DNA of 64,000 nucleotides from positions 1-64,000 of IMG/VR virus record IMGVR_UViG_3300000439_000009. One strand, 5' to 3'. The notes beneath the pieces are model-generated. The model was not told the DNA's origin and searched no databases. It saw nothing but the letters and a program-made list of their open reading frames with translations. This DNA comes from a virus (lineage: Duplodnaviria; Caudoviricetes). Positions 19,532 to 26,849 of the stretch are shown one piece after another. The position numbers and the translations under genes are program-made. Numbering within the stretch: the stretch's first letter is position 1; the number at the start of each line of letters is the position of its first letter.

Positions 19532-20577
19532 ATGCTAATCTCACAAGCCCTAGAAGGCAAATATGTAAAGTCCTCAAAAGGACAAGGCATAATCCAATAT
19601 GCGGATTTCCGTAGAGATATGGAACACTCAACACCCGAAGGTTATCTTGCGTTTGCTTGCAAGGTTCGCCCTACTTATAATCCATCTGTGCATAGATTTA
19701 TTCCAGAAGATTTTTGGACAACAGTTTATGTAGGCATTGACTCAGAATTGGTGGACTAATATGACTATTAAACTTGGTGGGCTAGGGCAGACTATTTCTG
19801 CCTATTGCCCAGTATGCTCAGAAAAGATGACCCATATGTGTATTGCTACACTTGGTGGATTTTCTACTAAAGGTACTATTCGCTATGCGTGGGAATGTAA
19901 TGCTTGCGAATTATCTCTAAAGTCTGACTCAACAGGCTATGCTCACTTACTAACAGAAATGGCTTACTATGCTTAATGAATTAGATAAATTGTGGGAAGA
20001 CTATAAAGAAGCCACTTGGAATACAATGTCGGTGGCTCCTGCTACAATATGGGAAACAAAGGAGAATGACTAATGTATAAACTCACTACCGCCTATGATG
20101 GACAAGCCCCGCATCATACTATCCAATTAGCCGATGCACTCGAAGCGTTTAACTCTTTCGCTAGATGTGTAGACTGGGGGTTCGCTAATGAATATGCGAC
20201 CTATAATCTATCTATGCCAGATGGCAAAATGTATACAAAGAACTTCTATCGTCCGAAAGGTAAATAATTAAATGGGAATAAATATGGCAACAGAACTAGC
20301 AGATGGAACACTTGGATTAGATATGGAAAGTGCTATTGCTATGCACTTGCGTGTTAATCACTATCCTCCCGTACCGACTTCTATGGTGCAGCCTTGCATT
20401 GATGCTATTGATGCATATTGGGAAGAAGACTTGGATCGTAATATCGAATTGCCCGAAGGCGTACTATGGCGAGGAGAAACTTATGCCCCCGCTTATGCAA
20501 TTATCGAAAGTCATCATCTCCAAGCTTGGTGCTCAGAAGATGAGTACCTTAATGAAGTAGACCCAGAGGACTACTAA
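19532..20577 (+). CDS. Five small early genes (19532..19759, 19761..19976, 19969..20073, 20073..20267, 20272..20577)
   Basis: Closely coupled ORFs, several with RBSs. Confidence 0.65.
20027..20048 (+). promoter_or_regulatory. PafBC-type promoter 4
   Basis: TGTCGGTG-GCTCCTGC-TACAAT. Confidence 0.8.
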
Positions 20578-20594
20578 ACTAAATATAATTGTCG

Positions 20595-20610
20595 TGTGAT
20601 GTAACTCACA
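20595..20610. promoter_or_regulatory. CRP/GlxR box 4
   Basis: TGTGA-TGTAAC-TCACA; promoter TGGACA-18-TAAAAT at 20632-20661. Confidence 0.75.
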
Positions 20611-20695
20611 CACGACACGCCCATAGCCAGTTGGACAAAGGTTGGCTGGCTATGGTAAAATACCACCTATAACAACAACAGAAAAGGAAAAAACA

Positions 20696-20860
20696 ATGAC
20701 AATCGGAACAAACACATATCAGGTAGGCGACCTCTTTACCACACAGAAGTCAAAGGTAACTGGCGTTATCAAGGCTATCGAGCCTATCAGCGACACAATG
20801 ACTCGTGTCTTGCTTGATGTAGACGGCGTAGAGCGTTTTACAACAGTTACACTTGCTTAA
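20696..20860 (+). CDS. Small SH3/KOW-like beta protein, paralogue A
   Basis: TYQVGDLFTT...VTG.I...PIS...TRV shared with 21440..21610. Confidence 0.7.
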   Translation: MTIGTNTYQVGDLFTTQKSKVTGVIKAIEPISDTMTRVLLDVDGVERFTTVTLA

Positions 20861-20888
20861 TTAAATAAGTATCGGCTACCCCCACCAA

Positions 20889-20910
20889 TGTCGGTGGGGG
20901 GTGCTATAAT
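20889..20910 (+). promoter_or_regulatory. PafBC-type promoter 5 (overlaps a hairpin)
   Basis: TGTCGGTG-GGGGGTGC-TATAAT; accccccacc...ggtggggggt inverted repeat. Confidence 0.8.
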
Positions 20911-20951
20911 AATCTCTCAAACAACAAACCCGAATAGAAAGTAGAAAACAA

Positions 20952-21368
20952 ATGGCTAGAGCAATCTCCGTTAAAGTAGCAACACCAAAAGTAATTGCTG
21001 CACTAGAATCAAAGTTAGCAGAACTAGAGGCTAAACTTGCAACATCAACTGCAAACGAGGAAGCATACCAAACTGCTTACAAGCAATATCAGACACAGTT
21101 ACAGAACTATTGTGTTGCAAATATCTCACAGGCAACTAACTTCCGTGTATCACACCGAGCATATAATAGTCTAGTGAACATTGACTATGATGTTCCAACT
21201 AACTTGGCTGGATTCCCAGTAGAGCCAAAGCGTGATTTCGAGGTTGTGTATGAACACACAATTACTTCTGCAAGAGAAGAAATCACCAATGCACTTAACA
21301 TCTTGCGTATGACCGACGAGGAATATGTTTCTGCCTCAACTATGAAGTCAATCGCTTCATACCTCTAA
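20952..21368 (+). CDS. Hypothetical early protein
   Basis: 138-aa ORF directly after promoter. Confidence 0.75.
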   Translation: MARAISVKVATPKVIAALESKLAELEAKLATSTANEEAYQTAYKQYQTQLQNYCVANISQATNFRVSHRAYNSLVNIDYDVPTNLAGFPVEPKRDFEVVYEHTITSAREEITNALNILRMTDEEYVSASTMKSIASYL

Positions 21369-21439
21369 ATAAGTAACGACCTGAGCCAAGTCGCTAAACT
21401 GGCTCACACTATAACCCGAATATAGAAAAGGAAAAAACA

Positions 21440-21610
21440 ATGACACTACAAGGATACACATATCAGATAGGTGATCTATTCACAACATCTCGCACAGGTG
21501 TTACAGGTCGCATCACAAAGTTTGCACCAATCTCAAATAAAGTAACACGAGTTCAGTTGCAATTAGCAAATGGCGCAAAGCGTTTTGCAATGGTAAAAAC
21601 TTCTGCGTAA
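21440..21610 (+). CDS. Small SH3/KOW-like beta protein, paralogue B (56 aa)
   Basis: MTLQGYTYQIGDLFTTSRTGVTG...; same agaaaaggaaaaaacaATG leader as 20696. Confidence 0.75.
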   Translation: MTLQGYTYQIGDLFTTSRTGVTGRITKFAPISNKVTRVQLQLANGAKRFAMVKTSA

Positions 21611-21821
21611 ATAAATAATTAGCGGGTCGTGAGTGATAACAGGTAAGTGTCTAAGTAGCCTTAGACCACCCGCTTAATTTTAATTTGACAAAATGTGCAG
21701 CTGGGGGCGCGGCCCGCCCGAAATGTCCGTTTTACGAAGACACTCCCAAATCTCTGAGTTTGACAATGACCAGTCAAACATTGTATACTTCTCCGATGTC
21801 CATAATAATCATAGTGCCCCT

Positions 21822-21837
21822 TGTGATGTTAATCACA
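21822..21837. promoter_or_regulatory. CRP/GlxR box 5
   Basis: TGTGA-TGTTAA-TCACA. Confidence 0.75.
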
Positions 21838-21896
21838 CCCATTGTCTTAGTTGTCGGATTTGTCGCTTTTGTTAAGACTCTCCGTATTAAATAGAT

Positions 21897-21926
21897 TTGA
21901 CTAATGTCGGTGGGTTATGCTAGAAT
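21897..21926 (+). promoter_or_regulatory. PafBC-type promoter 6 with additional -35
   Basis: TTGACT-AA-TGTCGGTG-GGTTATGC-TAGAAT. Confidence 0.8.
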
Positions 21927-21955
21927 AAGGCTTCAACAACAGAAAGAAGGTTCAC

Positions 21956-22990
21956 ATGAACAACACCGTTCATAAGTCCGAAGTAGAGAATGGTTCTGTA
22001 TCATTCGCTCTTGTGGATTCCCGCTCTAATCCTGCATGGCACTCTTATGCAAATAAGATTTTCGATGCAGATACAGAAACCCCAACAGTATCAGAAATTA
22101 TGGATGCTGCTAAACTATCTAATTGGAATGTACGCCTTGAGCCTATCTCCGAATTAGTCCCCGACTATAAGATGGTTACAGAATCTTATCTTGTCGTGCG
22201 TGATAACCCTTACACCGACGGGCAGAAAGATGTTCTCGCCACAGTAGGTTCACGCTATAAAGAAGTGCAGAATGAAGATTTGTTTGCATTCGCACAGAAT
22301 CTTCATGACTCTAATCCAGAAGTCAAAATTGACTCTGCTGGTTCATTCAAGAATGGTCGTGTAGTTTATGGCTCATGGTCTATTCCTAACCAGTTAGTTC
22401 TTGATCCATCTGGTGCTAATGATATAACTAATCTTTATTTAGTTGTTCACACTTCACACGATGGTTCTGTCGCTATTCAAGCAGGTATCACGCCTGTGCG
22501 TGTTAAGTGCCAAAATACACTTAATTTCGCTATGCGTCGTGCTAAGCAATCTTTCAAGATTCGCCACACCGCTACTGTTGATGGCAAGATCGCTGCTGCT
22601 CGTGAGGCTCTAGGTATGTCGGTTGCATACTTCGATGAGTTCTCTAAGCAGGCTAACGAATTGTTCACTCGTGAAGTAACGAATGCACAATTCAGCAACA
22701 TCATCAACACTCTTTACCCTAAGCCAGAAGAAGATAAAAAGGGTGCTATCACTAAGTGGGAAAATAAAGTTGTCCTGCTTGATGAGTTGTACCATAACTC
22801 TCCTACTAATGCTAACATCAAGGGTACAGCATGGGGCGTTGTTAATGCTCTAACTGAGCGTCTTGATTACTTCCGCACTGCTCGTAAAGGTTCTAACGAA
22901 TCTCTCGTTTATTCTGCTTCAGGATTTGATCCTGTTATCACGGCAGAAAAAAATAAAATTGTTAAGCAAGTGTTATCACTAACCGCTTAA
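21956..22990 (+). CDS. DUF932 / TIGR03299-like phage-plasmid protein
   Basis: PAWH, VGSRYKEVQNEDLF, SHDGS, TPVRVKCQNTL, IRHT, GTAWGVVNALTE motifs. Confidence 0.85.
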   Translation: MNNTVHKSEVENGSVSFALVDSRSNPAWHSYANKIFDADTETPTVSEIMDAAKLSNWNVRLEPISELVPDYKMVTESYLVVRDNPYTDGQKDVLATVGSRYKEVQNEDLFAFAQNLHDSNPEVKIDSAGSFKNGRVVYGSWSIPNQLVLDPSGANDITNLYLVVHTSHDGSVAIQAGITPVRVKCQNTLNFAMRRAKQSFKIRHTATVDGKIAAAREALGMSVAYFDEFSKQANELFTREVTNAQFSNIINTLYPKPEEDKKGAITKWENKVVLLDELYHNSPTNANIKGTAWGVVNALTERLDYFRTARKGSNESLVYSASGFDPVITAEKNKIVKQVLSLTA

Positions 22991-22996
22991 TAAATC

Positions 22997-23018
22997 GTGA
23001 GGGGCGAAAGCCCCTCAC
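22997..23018 (+). terminator. GNRA hairpin after DUF932 gene
   Basis: gtgaggggc-gaaa-gcccctcac. Confidence 0.6.
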
Positions 23019-23025
23019 CTCTCTT

Positions 23026-23099
23026 GATTCTATAGATCAATTGGTTAGATCGCTACCCTGTCACGGTAGAGGTTGCGGGTTCAAGTCCCGTTAGAATCG
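23026..23099 (+). tRNA. tRNA-Asp(GUC), copy in early region
   Basis: Acceptor GATTCTA/TAGAATC, anticodon arm CTACC-ctGTCac-GGTAG, T-arm GCGGG-TTCAAGT-CCCGT. Confidence 0.92.
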
Positions 23100-23100
23100 C

Positions 23101-23208
23101 ATGGAAAATAAAAAAGTTGTAATATGTCCAAAGTGCAAAGCTGAAATCCAGGTGCGATCAAACTTTGCACACGACACGCTGAATAATCACTTGACAAAAT
23201 GTAAGTGA
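23101..23208 (+). CDS. Tiny Zn-finger-like ORF (35 aa)
   Basis: CPKC...H...H...C; starts immediately after the tRNA. Confidence 0.4.
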   Translation: MENKKVVICPKCKAEIQVRSNFAHDTLNNHLTKCK

Positions 23209-23221
23209 TGGGGGCGCGGGG

Positions 23222-23237
23222 TGTGAGTAAAATCACA
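23222..23237. promoter_or_regulatory. CRP/GlxR box 6
   Basis: TGTGA-GTAAAA-TCACA. Confidence 0.75.
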
Positions 23238-23324
23238 ATTACGAAGGGGTATAAAATCTCCCTAAAGTTAGACATTAAGATGATATATGTCAAACCCTTT
23301 ACGATTAAACAAGTATAGGCTATG

Positions 23325-23354
23325 TGGACAAATGTCAGTGGGGTATGCTAGAAT
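23325..23354 (+). promoter_or_regulatory. PafBC-type promoter 7 with additional -35
   Basis: TGGACA-AA-TGTCAGTG-GGGTATGC-TAGAAT. Confidence 0.8.
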
Positions 23355-23385
23355 ATGCCCTATAACTACGAACAAAGGAGATATA

Positions 23386-24102
23386 ATGCCAAACTGGGTT
23401 TATAATGGTCTTACTATTGAAGGTAACCCTGAATCTGTAACTAAATTAGTTAATCAGATGAATCAACCATATACACGTCATTTTGAAGATGCGTGGGATA
23501 TGAAGACTAAGACTATGGGTCCACAGGATGTTACTTATTCTAATCCTGTATTTGCTTTCTGGAATATCATTAGTCCCACCGACCTTGATGCATATGTAAA
23601 GCAACCTGACCATTCCCTGCCTATTCAAGAAGCATTGCTATTTAAAGGCGACCATTGGTACGACTGGAATGTACGTAACTGGGGCACCAAGTGGGATGTA
23701 GCCGTATCTGATGACAACGAGCATCCTGAGACATATATGGAGGGCCCTACAGAAAACGGTGAGAATCTAGTAGTCTACTATAACTTTAATACTGCTTGGT
23801 CTCGCCCAATTTCTGCTTTAGAGAATTTATCTGCACAGTACCCTGACCTTCTACTTACTTTATCTTATGAAGAAGAGACAGGCTGGGGTGGGGAATGTGA
23901 ATTCCTGCGTGGTAAATATATTGCTGGTTTAGAATATGAAACCAAGTGCAATGAATGTGATGCATATGACTGTATGGAGTATTGCGAAGATTGCGAAAAT
24001 GATGTATGCTCTGTTTGTAGTTTTGGGGCAGAGGAAGAGTGTCAGTCCCATATGGTAGAATCAGAACTTCCGCCTAAAGTACAAGTTACGAAGAATGCAT
24101 AA
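23386..24102 (+). CDS. YubB/DUF1281 ferredoxin-like domain protein
   Basis: MPNWVYN, WYDWNVRNWGTKWD, FNTAWS, YEEETGWGG; AAGGAG RBS. Confidence 0.8.
   Translation: MPNWVYNGLTIEGNPESVTKLVNQMNQPYTRHFEDAWDMKTKTMGPQDVTYSNPVFAFWNIISPTDLDAYVKQPDHSLPIQEALLFKGDHWYDWNVRNWGTKWDVAVSDDNEHPETYMEGPTENGENLVVYYNFNTAWSRPISALENLSAQYPDLLLTLSYEEETGWGGECEFLRGKYIAGLEYETKCNECDAYDCMEYCEDCENDVCSVCSFGAEEECQSHMVESELPPKVQVTKNA
24040..24061 (+). promoter_or_regulatory. PafBC-type promoter, one-mismatch copy
   Basis: TGTCAGTC-CCATATGG-TAGAAT. Confidence 0.55.
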
Positions 24103-24731
24103 TGGAAAAGCTAGTTTCAACTAAGTATACCTTTGTATGCGATCCTGATTATTGTGATTGTTTAATTGAACTTACTACATCGGATAAGTTTGGATTTCCC
24201 GCCACTGTGACAAACATCACATGCCCTTGCGGGCGTGTCTTGGAACCTTTGTCAGTGGTAGATGCTACAATACTCCCTATAACCGAACAGAAAGAAGAAA
24301 CAATGGAAACCATGCAGGAGACCTACAACCCAAATGCTTTGGTCACTTACAAGAAGATTGTAGATGGTCAGGCTGAATATGTTACTACCAAGGTAACAGA
24401 ACTTGACTGGGCTATGGAACGTGCCCGTCAAGATGCAAAGATGGCTATGATTAGTTATGAGAAGGAAGTAGCACTCGAAGAACTAATTAAAGAGAACTAC
24501 CTTGAATCTGGTGATCAGGGAACTCTTCTGCAGATTGCAGAACTCTTTAGTATCTCATTAACTAAAGATGTTGAGTTTGTTGCAACTATCGAAATCTCAG
24601 GAACTGTTACAGTTGATCTAACTGATGAGGATGCTTTGCAGACTCTATTGGAAAATAGCGTACATGTTTCTTCATATGATGGAGATCTAGATGTATCTGA
24701 TTATGTATTAGTCAACTATGAGGAGCGTTAA
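24102..24731 (+). CDS. Hypothetical acidic protein; Cys-rich N-terminus and probable internal start at 24303
   Basis: Internal promoter and purine-rich RBS precede in-frame ATG 24303. Confidence 0.7.
   Translation: MEKLVSTKYTFVCDPDYCDCLIELTTSDKFGFPATVTNITCPCGRVLEPLSVVDATILPITEQKEETMETMQETYNPNALVTYKKIVDGQAEYVTTKVTELDWAMERARQDAKMAMISYEKEVALEELIKENYLESGDQGTLLQIAELFSISLTKDVEFVATIEISGTVTVDLTDEDALQTLLENSVHVSSYDGDLDVSDYVLVNYEER
24206..24271 (+). promoter_or_regulatory. Intragenic cassette: CRP box 7, GGCGTGTC box, PafBC-type promoter 8
   Basis: TGTGA-CAAACA-TCACA (24206), GGCGTGTC (24232), TGTCAGTG-GTAGATGC-TACAAT (24250-24271). Confidence 0.8.
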
Positions 24732-25657
24732 TGGCTATTGTTACAATTGATGCTGGCTCCCGCCAAACGGCGGGAGCATTAATGGTAGAGGCCTGGAAGC
24801 ACGGGGTAGAGGTAGAAATGCTACATGATAACCAGATGGAACTAACATGTGCATATGATGACAAGATGAATAAGGTCTTAAATAAATATAAGGGTGTCAA
24901 AGTCCTACACACAGAACTAATTAAGGAGATATTTGAATGACACTTATAGAACTAATTAATTTAATCTATACCGATATTGACGGGCATGCAAATGAATGTG
25001 ACTGCAACATATGTATAACTATGGATATTGTACAGGAATATATCCAGCGATATCACCTTGACAAGGTGGATGCTGGTGAGGAGATATTTAAATGAATGAT
25101 CCACTAATTGAATATATCAATTTACATATAATTAGTTTAAAACAAGATCTTGAGGATGCTCAAAACAATGTCCCTATTTCAGAAGATGAGTACTATGAAT
25201 CAGATTCTTATTATAACGGGTCTATAGAGACTGCTGAGCATATCCTTGACATGGCCCGTCAATTTGACGAGCAGTCCCTTTATATGGTAGGATAACGCCC
25301 ATGGATATAACAACACAGGAACGTATAGATATGCTAGTGGATGTAGAGATTAGTTTAACTAATTACTCTAATTCAAAAGCCAATTACCGTCCCGCTTTTG
25401 GTGATATTGCCGCTTATCATACATTGTTAAGTTTGTATGAGATGGACTATAGCGATATGGAGCCTGAGTACTTATGGCGCAAGAAGCCTGATGAGATCAT
25501 GACGGTAGTCATTGATGAGAATCATATCTTCTCACTTGAATACGGGTGGGATGACTTATATGAATCAGTCCGTGAATGGATTGTAGAAAAGGGTTTCGTC
25601 GTACATTGCGACGAATTAGATGAAGAAGAATACCAACAACTAATGGAGGCAAAATAA
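24731..25657 (+). CDS. Small early genes (24731..24940, 25092..25295, 25301..25657; the latter two acidic)
   Basis: ORF track; TTGACG-18-TAGGAT promoter at 25264-25293. Confidence 0.65.
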
Positions 25658-25658
25658 T

Positions 25659-25856
25659 ATGGCAACAAAGGCAAAGTCAACAGCAGTACAAACAACACCA
25701 GCACAGTCCCCACGTGAATTCCTAGTTTCAAAGGGCTTTACACCAGGGGCTCGTGGTCGCTTTAGCAAAGACATGGTCCTGGCCCTACAGGCTGCAGGTT
25801 ATCCTGTCAAGGCTCCAAAGGAGCGTTCAAAGGTGGTTTCAACCCCTTTAGCGTAA
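25659..25856 (+). CDS. Lsr2 C-terminal DNA-binding-domain-like protein
   Basis: PREFLVSKGFTPGARGRFSKDMVLAL matches the Lsr2 RE(W)...G..V..RGR AT-hook pattern. Confidence 0.65.
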   Translation: MATKAKSTAVQTTPAQSPREFLVSKGFTPGARGRFSKDMVLALQAAGYPVKAPKERSKVVSTPLA

Positions 25857-26059
25857 ACCCTTACCAAGATGTGCCCCCAGTCAGAGTCTCTCGTACACTT
25901 TACGGTATGGACAATCTGGGGGTACGCATTGGGTACGTAATGTGCGGGGATTGCGAAAAGCACATGTCAAATTGTAATTGTGAAGGTGGAGTAAAGGCTC
26001 CATCTCAAATAGTGAGAGCACTAGACAAACTCGTTAGAATATGATAGGATAGGGGACTT

Positions 26060-26765
26060 ATGCAAAGTATAAACCAAAAGTATGTTAAACAGACTAATGA
26101 TATGTTACTTAACGCAGAGTCTAATCTAGAACTAATTGCTACTCAAATACACAGATTACCTGTTAGAGAGCAGCATAGATATCTTAGACTTGTTTTAAGT
26201 TATATAGATGTATTGTCTAAAGCCAAGTTGGCTACTATGCGTGATTCTATTGCGCTATGCAAGGAACTAATGGAAGTAATTAACCTATACTATGAGGAGA
26301 CAGAATAATGGGAGCAAGAACTAATTATACAATCATCACTACATCTAACCCCGCCCAAAACCTAAACGTTTATGCACACTGGGATGGCACAGAGTCAGTG
26401 GCGATTATGCAGGCTGCTATCAAGGCCGCTATGCCCCGTATCAAGACACGTGATACATCCTATGCCACTCGTATCCTAGTGGACCAGCTGACCAAACACG
26501 GGCGGGATTCTGAGACAGGCTATGGTATCTACATTGGAGAAGAAGTAGATCATGAAGAGCAATATGAATATAAGGAGATTAACTTAATTAATAATACAGT
26601 TACAGTTGGCTCTATGACATTCGAACTTAATCAATTTGTTGAGGTGCTAGTATGAGCCATAACCATAGTTGGGAATGCTCAGATGTCCCCGCAAATTATT
26701 ACTGTGCTTGTGGATCAGAGGGATACTATAACTCAGTTGACAAGACTATAAATGCAGTGGTATAA
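26060..26765 (+). CDS. Last early genes (26060..26308, 26308..26655, 26652..26765)
   Basis: Coupled ORFs; TAGACA...TAGGAT promoter at 26022-26050. Confidence 0.65.
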
Positions 26766-26849
26766 TTATACAACGAGATAGGGCGTTCAGGCAAGTCTGC
26801 CAAGTCCATTATAACCTCCACAGGTTCGGGTCCTGTGGAGGTTTTTTTT
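26737..26849 (+). ncRNA. Candidate ~75-nt small RNA with own promoter and terminator
   Basis: TTGACA-18-TATAAT (26737-26766), no ORF, strong terminator 26813-26849. Confidence 0.45.
26813..26849 (+). terminator. Intrinsic terminator closing the early region
   Basis: aacctccacagg-ttcgggt-cctgtggaggtt followed by a T run. Confidence 0.85.

Noticed and set aside
21617-21679. Hammerhead ribozyme
   Set aside because: The core CUGANGA and GAAA motifs are absent.
21685-21894. ORFs 21685..21894 and 21693..21875
   Set aside because: They overlie a regulatory cassette and have no RBS; the hydrophobic translation is probably a by-product of the motifs.
23026-23099. tRNA-Asp as an attP/prophage boundary
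   Set aside because: No integrase in the window, both sides are phage-like, and the second copy differs throughout the stems.
17833-23385. N-terminal extensions in the ORF track (17833, 20642, 23287) and recurrent MSVxxA(T/I/R)I peptides
   Set aside because: These are translations of promoter sequence; RBS-supported starts are 17887, 20696 and 23386.
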